64,000 nt of DNA from an uncultured delta proteobacterium (GTDB lineage: Bacteria > Desulfobacterota > WTBG01): assembly GCA_963793865.1 (NCBI GenBank), contig CAWCBP010000001.1, positions 1,184,001 to 1,248,000 of the forward strand, read 5' to 3'. The position numbers were made by a program, and so were the translations under genes. Below are positions 22,767-33,748 of this stretch, piece by piece. Positions within the stretch are counted from its first letter, which is position 1, and every line of letters starts with the position of its first letter. The notes beneath the pieces are model-generated. The model made no database searches. It was not told the origin of the DNA and saw only the letters and a program-made list of their open reading frames with translations.

Positions 22767-24302
22767 ATGCACGGCAGAACCGCGATGACAGCTGCAACAC
22801 CGGTAGTCGATCACCCGCGCCACACCCGGAAATGCATTCCTGCCGCCGGTGACAGTGCGTACCTGCTTTGCATAACCGCCCTCTTCATAGTATCCCGCAT
22901 CATCTTTTCCATGAAGGGAGGGGAGTTTATCTCCTCGCCCATCGACTTCGCCAAACAGTATCTTGACCCCCTGCTGCTCAAGCATGATCTTATGCGGAGT
23001 CTCTATTATCTCCATGCTCAGCCGCCGCTTTTTAATGCCTTCCTCGGGCTTGTCCTGAAATTTTCATCCCACCCCGCACTCTCCTTTGAGCTCGTTTATA
23101 AAACCGCGGGCATTTGCATGCCGCTGCTTTTCTATGGCATACTGACCTCTCTTGCCATAAGACCGGCAATTTCTTTCATCGCCACAGTCATCTTCATGTT
23201 CAATCCCACGCTGTTACTCTATGAAAACCTTCTCTACTATACGCACATGGAGGCTTTTTTTATTCTCCTCGCCCTTTTTGCCCTGCTTCGCTGGGGCATT
23301 GATCGAAGGAGACGGTTTCTGCTGATGTTTTTCCTGTCACTGCTCTGCCTGGGCATGATCCGTTCGCTCTTTCACACTGTTTTTTTCCTGCTGACGGCCC
23401 TTCTGTTTTCCTTGTATCTTGGCTACTGGCACCGGGAGCGGCGTCTGGCCGGACAATTTTTCCTGTACTCGCTTATCGTACTCATTCCCATGGTCTCGTT
23501 GTCTGTGAAAAACGGTCTCCTGTATAAATCCTTCGGAACGTCATCCTGGGATGGAATGAGTTTGTGGATAAAAGCCAACGGCTATGCACCTGAACAACTT
23601 GACTACTTTCGTCAGCAGGGCATCATCAGCGACATGGGGGTAAAAGCGGCCTATGACCCTTTTCAGCCTGTAGACAACTTTTTCGATGATGCCGACCTTA
23701 AACAGATCCCCTGCCACCACCCGGCCGATTGCAGGATTTCGCGCAGCTCCGGCTACCCGAATTTCAACCACAGCGGTTATGTCTCTTTGTCAAAACAGCT
23801 CTGGAAGGATGCGGTGGCGCTCATTTTACATGACCCCGGATTATTCGCCTATTACACGGCAGGATCATATTGCCTGATGCTCTGGCATGCGTCTGATTCG
23901 GTAAACGCGCTTTTCTATAATAACGCAACAATTCTTGATCAGATTGAAAACGCATACCGGTTCTTACATTTTGGATTTTTTGGAATAGAAAGCAAGCAGG
24001 CGAGTCATTACCTGTGGTGGGTCAGAACGGTCTGCATCAGTCTGCTGTTTCTCTTTTTCTATATCAGCACCCTGGTTGCGGCATTCCGGAAAGCAGAGAG
24101 ATCGAAGCTTCCGCTCTTACTGCTCTCTCTCTTCTGCGTTCTCATTCACGCGTACACCCTGTGCGTATCCTCGCTTATTGAATTCGGAGAAAACAACCGC
24201 TTTCGCTATCCCGTTGATGCCGCTTTTCTGGTATTGATCGCCGCCACGATTGCACGCTCAAAGCGCTCATTATTTAAAATCAGCACATCCCCGGCCCGAT
24301 AA
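22767..24302 (+). CDS. Polytopic membrane protein, putative GT-C fold glycosyltransferase
   Basis: Many TM helices, YLHAQPPLF loop, C-terminal ENNRFRYP motif reminiscent of ArnT/PMT-like proteins. Confidence 0.6.
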   Translation: MHGRTAMTAATPVVDHPRHTRKCIPAAGDSAYLLCITALFIVSRIIFSMKGGEFISSPIDFAKQYLDPLLLKHDLMRSLYYLHAQPPLFNAFLGLVLKFSSHPALSFELVYKTAGICMPLLFYGILTSLAIRPAISFIATVIFMFNPTLLLYENLLYYTHMEAFFILLALFALLRWGIDRRRRFLLMFFLSLLCLGMIRSLFHTVFFLLTALLFSLYLGYWHRERRLAGQFFLYSLIVLIPMVSLSVKNGLLYKSFGTSSWDGMSLWIKANGYAPEQLDYFRQQGIISDMGVKAAYDPFQPVDNFFDDADLKQIPCHHPADCRISRSSGYPNFNHSGYVSLSKQLWKDAVALILHDPGLFAYYTAGSYCLMLWHASDSVNALFYNNATILDQIENAYRFLHFGFFGIESKQASHYLWWVRTVCISLLFLFFYISTLVAAFRKAERSKLPLLLLSLFCVLIHAYTLCVSSLIEFGENNRFRYPVDAAFLVLIAATIARSKRSLFKISTSPAR

Positions 24303-24851
24303 AATACCTGCACATAAAAAACTGGGGAGCACGATTCGCCCCCGAGACTCATGGCCCCGGGTGCCGTTGCTCCCCAGACATGGAGGAGGGAAAAATGATA
24401 CTCTCATTTCCCCTATCCTTATATCGGCAGCGGGGAGAAAAACTTTAACTTCTTTCAGGTGGCATACGGTTCCCGGGCAAAACCCCTTTGCCGTTTCAGG
24501 ATGATTGAATATCTTCAGCACTGAGGGATGCGGCAGGACATCACACCTGGTAACGCTGATAGATCGCGTTCCGTGTGGGGCAGAGACAATAGGTTAATTC
24601 ACCATAGCGAAAAAGATAAGAGCAGGGCCCAATGCACGTGGGCTTTATTTCAATGAAGGGATATTTGCTGGCATAGGCCGGCCGGCAGGTGCAATCAGCT
24701 TTACCGGAAAGACAGAAAAATCCTTTTTCGCATTTCGTGGTAGCACTTAAAACCGGTTTGTCCACCTGCATTTGCACCGCGGGTACTCCTCTTGCCCGGC
24801 ATGATATGCTAATCACCGAACCGCGACAAAACTTCTACACGGCCCTTCACC

Positions 24852-25055
24852 TCAGGCATCCTCGCTCAATGAAGGCTTTACATCCTGAAATATGTTGCCG
24901 CAAATCACATGACTCTTGCCGCTTATCCTTATGGTGAAGACGGGTTTCACTTCCAAAATCCGGGCATCCTCTCCTTTGTAGATAATATGCTGTCCCGGCC
25001 GGTACAGTTGATCTGCTTTGAGATTAGATACAATAGGCCCACTGTTCTTAATCAT
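24852..25055 (-). CDS. Small hypothetical protein (67 aa) downstream of a c-di-GMP riboswitch
   Basis: GGGAGG RBS; lies directly after the riboswitch terminator; beta-rich pattern YRPGQHIIYKGEDARILEV. Confidence 0.65.
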   Translation of the reverse strand: MIKNSGPIVSNLKADQLYRPGQHIIYKGEDARILEVKPVFTIRISGKSHVICGNIFQDVKPSLSEDA

Positions 25056-25079
25056 GCCCCACCTCCCGGGTCGTAAAAT

Positions 25080-25219
25080 AAAAAACTGCCGCGTAATTTT
25101 CGGCAGTCCAGCCTTCTACAAAACCAGTCAGAGAAGCACGTTCATACAACGATCCAGATGCCGCGGTAGAACTGTGGCTTTCCGTCCCCTGATCACTCAG
25201 GGTTTGGCTTTTTCGAATT
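25080..25219 (-). ncRNA. c-di-GMP-I (GEMM-I) riboswitch with overlapping intrinsic terminator
   Basis: Minus strand: TAATTCGAAAAAGCCAAACCCTGAGTGATCAGGGGACGGAAAGCCACAGTTCTAC...GTAGAAGGCTGGACTGCCGAA; terminator CTGCCG-N9-CGGCAG-TTTTTT overlaps the P1 3' strand. Confidence 0.82.
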
Positions 25220-25340
25220 ACACTAATCTTTTTTTTGTTACAGGTTATATAGTAAAAAAAAAGTGATTTGTCAAGGGATGAATATGTCAATCATTAAAAA
25301 CTGAAGCACCCGGCATTATGGCCGAAGTGCTTGATTTTGG

Positions 25341-25417
25341 TGGCGGGGACGACGGGACTCGAACCCGCGATCTCTGGCTTGACAGGCCAGTGTGTTAACC
25401 AACTACACCACGCCCCC
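25341..25417 (-). tRNA. tRNA-Asp (GTC)
   Basis: Cloverleaf; CTGGC-CTGTCAA-GCCAG anticodon arm; GGTTCGAGTCC; CCA end. Confidence 0.97.
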
Positions 25418-25449
25418 ACCTGTCTAAATTTTACGATGTGCTCAATTTC

Positions 25450-25525
25450 TGGTGGGCGGGACAGGGCTCGAACCTGCGACCCTCTGCTTGTAAGGCAGAT
25501 GCTCTCCCAGCTGAGCTACCCGCCC
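25450..25525 (-). tRNA. tRNA-Val (TAC)
   Basis: GGGCGGGTAGCTCAG; TCTGC-CTTACAA-GCAGA; GGTTCGAGCCC; ACCA end. Confidence 0.97.
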
Positions 25526-25665
25526 GAGTTCGGTATTTCTAACAGTTTATTCCTCGCCTGTCAAGGAAATAGTCGCACAGGTGAAGTGGTATAGAATATC
25601 GGATTGACAGGTTTAGAGCTTTACATAAAATATGTGGCGGAATATTATGAGTCGAGGTGTGACCT

Positions 25666-26157
25666 ATGCCGGTAAAACAGAGAAGATGCCCGCACTGTGG
25701 ACAGAAGATTCAGGAGTACCTGCATCCCTTTCCTACGGTTGATGTCATCATTGAGATGTCCGGCGGAGGCGTTGTCCTGATAAAGCGGAAAAATCCTCCG
25801 CATGGCTGGGCACTCCCGGGAGGTTTTGTTGATTACGGCGAATCACTGGAACAGGCCGTGATAAGGGAGGCAAAGGAAGAAACGTCCCTCGACATCATTC
25901 TCACATCGCAGTTTCACACCTACTCGGATCCAAAAAGGGATTCCCGGAAACACACCATCAGCACTGTTTTTATTGCCCGGGCCTCCGGCGCACCCGCCGC
26001 CGCCGATGACGCCGAAGGGATCGGAATTTTTACCGGCAAAAACCTCCCCTCCCCCCTTGCCTTTGATCATGAAACAATAGTGCGGGATTATTTCAATACG
26101 AAAATAAGGTCTACGATTAGTAGGGGCGACCGGCCGGTCGCCCCTACATCTGGATAA
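25666..26157 (+). CDS. NUDIX hydrolase with N-terminal CxxC
   Basis: Nudix box [30 protein letters not shown] and AFDH motifs. Confidence 0.92.
   Translation: MPVKQRRCPHCGQKIQEYLHPFPTVDVIIEMSGGGVVLIKRKNPPHGWALPGGFVDYGESLEQAVIREAKEETSLDIILTSQFHTYSDPKRDSRKHTISTVFIARASGAPAAADDAEGIGIFTGKNLPSPLAFDHETIVRDYFNTKIRSTISRGDRPVAPTSG
26120..26147. repeat. Perfect 28-bp GTAG-type REP palindrome inside the NUDIX gene 3' end
   Basis: GTAGGGGCGACCGGCCGGTCGCCCCTAC. Confidence 0.8.
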
Positions 26158-26256
26158 GATTGACTCGAAAATAGTTTGAGGATACCCCCTCCCTCTCTCC
26201 GGAGGGTAGAGGGAATCTTTTTTAACCCAGCTTTAAGCCCGCTTCACACACCCGTT

Positions 26257-26475
26257 TCAAACGGACACCACTGACTTGATTTCGGGTATTTCCTCCTTGA
26301 TCGCCCGCTCAACACCCATCTTGAGCGTCATCTGGGCGCCCGCGCATCCCGCGCATGCCCCTTTCAGCCGAACCGACACCACGCCGTCAACAACATCAAC
26401 CAACTCGATATTGCCGCCGTCAGCCTGCAGCGCAGGCCTGATTTTTGCTATTATCTTTTCCACCTGTTCTCTCAT
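26257..26475 (-). CDS. NifU/Nfu-type Fe-S cluster carrier
   Basis: IRPALQADGGNIELV...LKGACAGC...TLKMGVE. Confidence 0.93.
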   Translation of the reverse strand: MREQVEKIIAKIRPALQADGGNIELVDVVDGVVSVRLKGACAGCAGAQMTLKMGVERAIKEEIPEIKSVVSV

Positions 26476-26601
26476 CCTGTAGACTCCTTTCCTTTCGGAT
26501 TGCTATTGAACTCAACATCAGCTACAATACTATAACTTAATGATGGTCCTTTGTCACCTTATTTCAGGCGGGTAATTTCTCAAAAAGATATGTGACATTT
26601 T

Positions 26602-26653
26602 GGCAGGAGCGCATTGAGGCACGATATATTCGCGGCTTAAAGCCGCTCCTACC
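26602..26653. repeat. GTAG-type REP doublet, family A copy 2
   Basis: Matches 87-138 without gaps. Confidence 0.75.
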
Positions 26654-26723
26654 GGCCCTGCACATTGAGAGAGTGCCATACTCAGGTCTACATTATTAAT
26701 TATAAAACCGCGTGGTACAGGGC

Positions 26724-27401
26724 ATGAACCAAAAACTGGGCATTGTTCTGGTAAGCGGAGGATTGGACAGTTGCGTTACGGCTGCTGTCGCCCGCCGGGA
26801 CCATGAAACGGCGTTCCTGCATGTCAACTACGGGCAAAGGACCGAGGAACGCGAATTGCGGGCCTTTCACGCCATCGCCGATCACTATGGTGTCGCGCGA
26901 AGGCTGGTAACCGACATCGGCTACCTGAAACTGATCGGGGGGTCAAGCCTGGTCGATCCATCCATGCCCATAGAGACGGCGACATCCGCCTCCCAGGACA
27001 TTCCCTCAACCTATGTCCCCTTTCGCAACGCGCACCTCCTGGCAATTGCCGCGTCCTGGGCGGAAGCAATCGGAGCCGCGGCAATTTTTATCGGCGCCGT
27101 GGAGCAGGACAGCGCCGGCTATCCCGACTGCCGGCCCCCGTTCTTCGATGCCTTCAGCCGTCTTGTCCGTGAGGGAACGCGGCCGGGAACGCGAATCACC
27201 ATCAACACGCCGGTGATCAACCTGCGGAAAAAGGAGATTGTCCTCCTGGGAAACAAACTGAATGCGCCCCTTCAGCTGACCTGGTCATGCTACCAGAACA
27301 GCGAGCGGGCCTGCGGCCTGTGCAGCAGCTGCCTGCTGCGCTTGAAAGGATTTCAGGAAGCGGGAATCAGCGACCCCATCCCTTATGCCATTCCTGTGTG
27401 A
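26724..27401 (+). CDS. queC: 7-cyano-7-deazaguanine synthase
   Basis: SGGLDS, YGQR, TYVPFRN, YPDCR, TWSCY...CG.C.SC.LR. Confidence 0.96.
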   Translation: MNQKLGIVLVSGGLDSCVTAAVARRDHETAFLHVNYGQRTEERELRAFHAIADHYGVARRLVTDIGYLKLIGGSSLVDPSMPIETATSASQDIPSTYVPFRNAHLLAIAASWAEAIGAAAIFIGAVEQDSAGYPDCRPPFFDAFSRLVREGTRPGTRITINTPVINLRKKEIVLLGNKLNAPLQLTWSCYQNSERACGLCSSCLLRLKGFQEAGISDPIPYAIPV

Positions 27402-27437
27402 ATCTTCGAAAAACACCCCTCCCCGCGGTGCCCCTCC

Positions 27438-29477
27438 CTACTGGGCGGCCCGGTCGTAATGCGAAAAATGCATGGAGAAGCTGCCCCGCCCCTGGGTGAG
27501 GGAACGCAGGCTGGTGGGATAACCGAACATGGGCTTAAGGGGAACGTGGGCATCGACCATGCTGATGGTCCCCTTGGCGGTGATCATTCCCACCTTGCCT
27601 CCCCGGGCATTGAGATCACCGATCACCTCTCCCACGAACTCATTGGGCACCACAATTTCGATGGACATGATGGGCTCAAGCATCACCGGGCGGGCCTTAT
27701 GACAGCCTTCCCTGAGCGCCATCGACGTGGCGATCTTATACGCCAGCTGCGATGATGCGCCTTCCCGGAAGGAGCCGTTTACCAGGCACGCTTCCAGGTC
27801 CACCAGCGGGTACCCTGCCAGGACGCCGCTCAAGGTTGCCTCCTTCACTCCCTCTTCAACAGCGCCCCAGAACTGAGCAGGAATCTTGTCTTCCCCGATG
27901 TCGGTGGCAAAGCGTATGCCCTCTCCCCGTCCAAGAGGTTTCAGCCGCAGAGCAACATGTCCGAAATGAGTCTCACCGGAAATTTCCCGCTCAAACTTCC
28001 CCTCTGCGACGGTTGATTCAGTGATGGTCTCGCGGTACACCACCTGCGGCTTTCCGACTTTGACCTCCAGGTTGTAATCCTCTGAGAGCCTGGTCATGGC
28101 AACTTCCAGGTGCAGCTCCCCCATTCCGGACACAATGGTCTGTCCTGAATCCTGGTCAAAGCTGACTTTAAGGGTGGGATCTTCTTCGGCAAGCTTGGAA
28201 AGGGAAAATGACAGCTTTTCCTGGTCGGCGGTTGCCCGGGGCTCGACGGCGATAAACATCACCGGCTTGTATACCCCGATGGGCTCCAGCACCAGGGGAT
28301 GCGCCTCGTCGGTGAGCGTGTCTCCGGTGGTGGTGTCCCGCAGCCCCGCTGCCGCAATTATATCCCCAGCCCGCACATCGGCAATCCGCTCCTTCTTGTT
28401 GGCGTGCATCTTGAACAGGCGCGCCACTTTCTCCTTCGTCTGCCTGGTGGCGTTATAAACCTCTTCACCGGTTTCCAGCTTGCCCGAATAAACCCTGAGG
28501 TAGGTCAGCTTTCTCCCCTCGTCCATGGCAACCTTGAAGGCAAGCGCCGCAAACGGTTCATCGCTGCTGCTGCGCCGGGATTCTTTTTCCCCGGTTTCAG
28601 GATTGACGCCTTCCACCGGCGGCACATCCTGGGGAGAAGGCAGATAATCGACGATGCTGTCGAGAAGGGGCTGAATGCCCTTGTTGCGGAGGCCCGCCCC
28701 GCACAGCACCGGCACCACGCTCATGTCCAGGGTCGCCTTTCTCAGGACCGATTTGATCTCCTCCTCGGAGAGCTCGCTGCCCGAGAGATATTTTTCCATG
28801 ATGGCATCGTCCTTCTCCACCACCGCTTCCAGGAGCAGATGGCGGCAGTGGCCGGCCTGCTCCCGCAATTCGTCGGGAACGGGCAGCAGCTCGAATTCGG
28901 TCCCCAGGGTGTCGTCATGCCAGATGACCGCCTTATTTTTAATCAGGTCCACCACCCCCTGAAAGCCGTCCTCCCGCCCCCAGGGGATCTGCAGCGCCAC
29001 CGGGTGCGCGCCCAGTTTTTGCACCATCATCTCCAGGGCATTGAAAAAATCGGCGCCGGGACGGTCCATCTTGTTGACGAACGCGATCCGCGGGACCCGG
29101 TACCTGTCCGCCTGGTGCCACACCGTTTCCGACTGTGGCTCCACGCCCTCAACGCCGCTGAAAACCACCACCGCCCCGTCCAGCACCCGCAGCGACCGCT
29201 CAACCTCGATGGTGAAGTCAACGTGCCCCGGGGTATCAATCAAATGAATCTCATGCTTGAGCCAGTTAAGGGTGGTCACGGCGGAGGTAATGGTAATGCC
29301 CCGCTCCTGCTCCTGGTGCATCCAGTCCATGGTTGCTTCGCCGTCATGCACCTCACCCAGCTTGTATGACCGGCCGGTGTAGAAGAGCATGCGCTCGCTG
29401 ACCGTGGTCTTCCCCGCGTCAATATGAGCGATGATGCCTATGTTTCTGATGGTGGATAATTTAGCTTTCGATGCCAT
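27438..29477 (-). CDS. fusA: Elongation factor G (stand-alone copy)
   Basis: [44 protein letters not shown]. Confidence 0.96.
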   Translation of the reverse strand: MASKAKLSTIRNIGIIAHIDAGKTTVSERMLFYTGRSYKLGEVHDGEATMDWMHQEQERGITITSAVTTLNWLKHEIHLIDTPGHVDFTIEVERSLRVLDGAVVVFSGVEGVEPQSETVWHQADRYRVPRIAFVNKMDRPGADFFNALEMMVQKLGAHPVALQIPWGREDGFQGVVDLIKNKAVIWHDDTLGTEFELLPVPDELREQAGHCRHLLLEAVVEKDDAIMEKYLSGSELSEEEIKSVLRKATLDMSVVPVLCGAGLRNKGIQPLLDSIVDYLPSPQDVPPVEGVNPETGEKESRRSSSDEPFAALAFKVAMDEGRKLTYLRVYSGKLETGEEVYNATRQTKEKVARLFKMHANKKERIADVRAGDIIAAAGLRDTTTGDTLTDEAHPLVLEPIGVYKPVMFIAVEPRATADQEKLSFSLSKLAEEDPTLKVSFDQDSGQTIVSGMGELHLEVAMTRLSEDYNLEVKVGKPQVVYRETITESTVAEGKFEREISGETHFGHVALRLKPLGRGEGIRFATDIGEDKIPAQFWGAVEEGVKEATLSGVLAGYPLVDLEACLVNGSFREGASSQLAYKIATSMALREGCHKARPVMLEPIMSIEIVVPNEFVGEVIGDLNARGGKVGMITAKGTISMVDAHVPLKPMFGYPTSLRSLTQGRGSFSMHFSHYDRAAQ

Positions 29478-29501
29478 GGGTATAATTTTTTCAACAACCT
29501 T

Positions 29502-30131
29502 CTACTGTATGACCGTTTTATCCGCCGCAAACGGCTCCCTGCAATCGATATGGCCGGCAAGGGAGTCAATGGGCTTCCCGTCAACCAGGATGCCCACCTT
29601 TTTAACTTCACTGAAATTGAGGGAGACCGTGTTGACAATTGAATAGATGGTCATGATTTCAGCGGTGCTGCCCCCCGGGTGATCCGAAACAAACGAGGGA
29701 CTGAAGTTGAGCCAGGCAACGCCGTCTCCCTTCATGCGCACGCCCTTAAGCTCGACCGAAGCCGGGATGGTGCGTCCCAGCGGACCGCGGGGCCCCTTCA
29801 GCAGTTCCCTGACCGCCTGCCCGATGCGTTCTTCAAGGGAGGAAGCCTCCGCGACGGAACGTTCCTCGGCAATCAGGCGCTCCCCCTGGGCATCGGCAAA
29901 ATAGAGACTGAGCCTGCTTTCCGGCGGCTTCCGGTAGGTGTCCGCGGCGCGCTCCGGATATCTTCTGATATCACCATACCGGAGAAAGACGTAGGCGGCA
30001 GCGGCGACAATGACGATGACCGTAATGACCGCCCCCCAGGGGAATCTCCCGGAAGCAGGTTTCGTGCTGCCTGTTCCCCTTCCCTTTTGCCTTCGTTTCG
30101 TTTTTGCCACAGGGCTTTTATCTTTCCTCAC
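29502..30131 (-). CDS. GerMN domain-containing membrane-anchored protein
   Basis: TM helix, LYFAD, ELLKGP, GGSTAEIMTIYSIVNT, LAGHID; next to murI. Confidence 0.85.
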   Translation of the reverse strand: MRKDKSPVAKTKRRQKGRGTGSTKPASGRFPWGAVITVIVIVAAAAYVFLRYGDIRRYPERAADTYRKPPESRLSLYFADAQGERLIAEERSVAEASSLEERIGQAVRELLKGPRGPLGRTIPASVELKGVRMKGDGVAWLNFSPSFVSDHPGGSTAEIMTIYSIVNTVSLNFSEVKKVGILVDGKPIDSLAGHIDCREPFAADKTVIQ

Positions 30132-30141
30132 GCGGTGAGCG

Positions 30142-30957
30142 CTACATTTCCACCTGCTTCACCTGTTCAACAGCCGTTCCTAAAAATCTCGTTCCCAAAT
30201 GGGTAAAGCGGTCCGGCGCATCAGTGACAAAATAGAGGGGAGGCACCGTGTCCCTGCCGGAGGAGAGCAGCTGCATCCCCTGTAAAACGCCGTGCACTTC
30301 GCGGGCCGTCTCCTGCGCTGAATCAACCAGGGCGACGGCGGGGCCCATGAAGCGGGCTATGGTATCCTTGAGAAGCGGGTAATGAGTGCATCCCAGCACC
30401 AGGGTATCAATGCCCAGCTCTTTGAAGGCACCCAGGTAGCGTTTGACCGTAAGCGATTTCAGCTCCTCAAGATACGCCTCGTCTTCGGGACCGTTCCAGT
30501 TTTCCTCAACCAGCGGAACGAAGAGCGGGCAGGACCTGCTCAGCACTTCAATCCCGGGGTCAATCCGCTTGATCTCGGCCGCGTAGGCATTGCTCCTGAC
30601 CGTGGCCTCCGTGCCGATGACGCCGACCCGGCCCGCGCGGGTTGAGCGGGCCGCCTGCCTGGCGCCGGGCCCGATGACCTCCACGATGGGTATGGAAAGC
30701 TTTTCCTTCAAGTACGCGGTGGCGTTGGCGGAGGCGGTATTGCAGGCGACAACCAGGAGCTTGATACCCTGCTTGAGGAGAAAGAGAGCGTCCTCCAGGG
30801 CGTATCTCCTGATGGTGTCTGAAGACTTTGTACCGTAGGGCACGCGGGCGGTGTCCCCCAGGTAAATCAGCTTTTCATGGGGCAGCACCCGGCACAGCTC
30901 CTTCAGAACCGTCAGTCCGCCGATGCCGGAATCAAAGATCCCGATGGACTTGTCCAC
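30142..30957 (-). CDS. murI: Glutamate racemase
   Basis: FDSGIGGLTV, VACNTAS, LGCTHYPLL. Confidence 0.97.
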   Translation of the reverse strand: MDKSIGIFDSGIGGLTVLKELCRVLPHEKLIYLGDTARVPYGTKSSDTIRRYALEDALFLLKQGIKLLVVACNTASANATAYLKEKLSIPIVEVIGPGARQAARSTRAGRVGVIGTEATVRSNAYAAEIKRIDPGIEVLSRSCPLFVPLVEENWNGPEDEAYLEELKSLTVKRYLGAFKELGIDTLVLGCTHYPLLKDTIARFMGPAVALVDSAQETAREVHGVLQGMQLLSSGRDTVPPLYFVTDAPDRFTHLGTRFLGTAVEQVKQVEM

Positions 30958-31193
30958 CGATTCACATCCTTTCCCAATGGGTAAACATGATCACGCTTAG
31001 CGCGCTTAAGTGCAGGATAGTAGGTTATTACCCCATAATTGTCAAGCAGTTTGCCTCCCTCTGAACCGTAAGGACGGCCGCGTGGAAGCGGTTAAAACTG
31101 TTTGCATAATCGGCATGTCTATATTAGTATCTTCCTGCCGGTGCACTGGTTGTAACGCCCCGTTCGCAGCGATCGGGCAGAATGTGAGGATTC

Positions 31194-32196
31194 ATGGTCA
31201 TGAATACCGTCGGCTTTACCACCACTGTACCGCTGGAGATACTTCATGCCGCGGGGAAGGTACCGGTTGATCTTAACAACCGGTTCATAACCCATCCCGA
31301 TCTCAAGGGCCTGCTGAGAAAGGCGGAGCGGGACGGCTTTCCCCGCAACGTCTGCAGCTGGATCAAGGGCATCTACGCGGTTGCGCTTGAGCTTGAAATC
31401 GATGAGGTCATTGCCGTAACCCAGGGAGACTGCAGCAACACCCAGGCCCTCATGGAAACCCTGCAGTGGAAAGGGGTCAAAACCATTCCTTTTTTTTATC
31501 CCTATGACCGGGACCCGCAGTTTCTCTCGCTGAGCATGGAAAAGCTGATGCGCCATTTCTCGGTAACCGGCGGGCAGTGTCTCGAGGCAAAAACGGAACT
31601 GGACGCCGTTCGCAGGAAGGTCCACCGAATCGATGAGATGACCTGGAAGGAAAACACGGTGACCGGCCGGGAGAACCACTACTTTCAGGTGTCAACCAGC
31701 GACATGAACGGTGACTGGCGCCGCATTTGAGGCGGAGGTGGATCGGTTTCTCACGTCCCTCGATGGGCGTCAGCCCTTCGGGGAGGACATCCGCCTGGGA
31801 TACATCGGGGTGCCTCCCCTGATCAGCGACCTGTACAGCTATATTGAAGGCTTGAACGCGCGGGTGGTTTTCAATGAAATGCAGCGGCAGTTCAGCATGC
31901 CCTGCCGGACGGACTCGCTCGTCGAGCAGTACCTGCGCTACACCTGTCCGTATGACATTTTCATGCGCATCGAGGATATCAGGCGGGAGATCAGCCGGCG
32001 GAAGATCGACGGGATCATTCATTACGTGCAGTCATTCTGTTTCCGGCAGATCGAAGACCCCCTGTTCAAGAAATCCTTCACCATCCCCACGCTGACGATC
32101 GAGGGTGACCAGCCGTCGGCCCTGGACAGCAGGAACAGGATGAAGATCGAGGTGTTTATCGAAATGCTCCGCCTGCGCAAGGCCGGGCCTGCCTGA
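31194..32196 (+). CDS. 2-hydroxyacyl-CoA dehydratase (HgdB/FldB-like) family protein (+1 frameshift near 31715)
   Basis: GFTTTVP.E, GFPRNVCSWIKG, GDCSNT in the first frame; IRLGYIGVPP, IIHYVQSFCFR, TIEGD in the second. Confidence 0.78.
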
Positions 32197-32222
32197 GCGG
32201 ATTCCCTCAACACGCAGATTTT

Positions 32223-33737
32223 TCATGTGCCCTCGATCAGCCCTTCCAGATAGCGCATATCCAGACGCGACCGGATGAGGTCGGCCAGGCGGTCGAGCTG
32301 CTGCTCCTTGAAGGCGGCGTATTGAAACGCCGCTGACCCGTCGCCGGCACGGAGTCCATCCCGCTTCAGCCCATCGATGAATCGCCTGCGAAAGCCGTCA
32401 TTGTCAAATATGCCGTGAATGTAGGTTCCCCAAATCCTTCCGTCCCGCGACACAGCCCCGTCATAGCGCAGGCACCTTTTCCCGGACCGGCTTCGGATCC
32501 GGAAGCGGTTCTCCTCGCCGCGGAGCACGCTTTCCCCCGCATGAATCTCGTACCCCCGGAGCTTTTCGCGGGTGCGCCCCCCTGTGGGTCCACGCATGTC
32601 CTCCGCCTCCACCTGAAAGGTGGCCTTGTGCCGCAGAAATCGGGTTTCCACCGAAAGCAGTCCCAGGCCCTTTATCTCTCTTTTCCTGCCCTCCACTCCC
32701 TGCCTGTCCCTGATCATGGTTCCCAGCATCTGAAAGCCGCCGCAGATCCCCACGACGACACCTCCGCGTTCATGATGTCGCAGGATTGCTTCGCCGCATC
32801 CGCTTTTCATCAGCCAGGAGAGATCTGCAATGGTATTCTTGCTTCCCGGAATAATGATTGCCTCGCAGGAACGCAAATCCCCGGGGCGCTCAACGTAGCG
32901 CAGGCCAACGTCCGACTCCCCTTCCAGGGGTTCAAAGTCGGTAAAGTTGGAAATGTGGGGAAGCCTTACAACAGCGATGCTTATGTCCCCGGAAGCGCCT
33001 TTCCCATTCCTGCCCTCGAGGGAGACGCTGTCTTCATCAGGTATGACAATATCCTTGAAATAGGGGATGACCCCCACCACCCTCACCCCGGTTTTTCTCC
33101 TGAGAAAGGTAAGCCCCGGGGTAAGCAACGATGCGTCGCCCCGGAACTTGTTGATCACAAATCCCTTGACCCGCTTTTTTTCCGATGGGGAAAGCAGCTC
33201 CATCGTCCCCACCAGGGAGGCAAACACGCCTCCGCGGTCTATGTCCGCCACCAGCAGAACCGGGGCCCGGGCCATGCGGGCGATTCTCATGTTGACGATG
33301 TCGTTTTTTTTGAGATTAATTTCCGCCGGAGACCCCGCCCCCTCGATGAGGATCAGATCATAGAGCCGCGCCAGCCGCTCGTAGCTTTCCTGCACCGCCT
33401 TGAATGCCGTTCTCTTGAAGCGATGATAGGCGACGGCGGAATAGGTGCCCACCGCCTTTCCATGAATGATTACCTGCGCCCCGCAGTCGGTCTGGGGCTT
33501 TATCAGCACCGGGTTCATGTGCACCGAGGGCTTGATGCCTGCCGCCTCGGCCTGCACAGCCTGGGCCCGCCCTATCTCGCCCCCCTCCCCGGTGACAAAG
33601 GAATTGAGGGCCATGTTCTGCGCCTTGAACGGGGCAACCCGGTATCCTTCCTGCCGGAAGATCCTGCACAGGGCGGTAACCAGCATGCTCTTGCCCACGT
33701 GCGAACCGGTCCCCTGAACCATCAGTGCCTTGGCCAC
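32223..33737 (-). CDS. cobQ: Cobyric acid synthase (CobQ/CbiP)
   Basis: QGTGSHVGKS, PFKAQNMALNS, EGAGSPAEINL, DIDRGG, GICGGFQMLG, GTYIHG. Confidence 0.96.
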   Translation of the reverse strand: MAKALMVQGTGSHVGKSMLVTALCRIFRQEGYRVAPFKAQNMALNSFVTGEGGEIGRAQAVQAEAAGIKPSVHMNPVLIKPQTDCGAQVIIHGKAVGTYSAVAYHRFKRTAFKAVQESYERLARLYDLILIEGAGSPAEINLKKNDIVNMRIARMARAPVLLVADIDRGGVFASLVGTMELLSPSEKKRVKGFVINKFRGDASLLTPGLTFLRRKTGVRVVGVIPYFKDIVIPDEDSVSLEGRNGKGASGDISIAVVRLPHISNFTDFEPLEGESDVGLRYVERPGDLRSCEAIIIPGSKNTIADLSWLMKSGCGEAILRHHERGGVVVGICGGFQMLGTMIRDRQGVEGRKREIKGLGLLSVETRFLRHKATFQVEAEDMRGPTGGRTREKLRGYEIHAGESVLRGEENRFRIRSRSGKRCLRYDGAVSRDGRIWGTYIHGIFDNDGFRRRFIDGLKRDGLRAGDGSAAFQYAAFKEQQLDRLADLIRSRLDMRYLEGLIEGT

Positions 33738-33748
33738 ACTTGCCTCGC

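Noticed and set aside
24420..24505. Second GEMM-like riboswitch on the minus strand (GGCAAA...GCTGCCGA)
   Set aside because: It lacks the P2 tetraloop stem and the GACG.AAAGC junction, and has no downstream gene on that strand.
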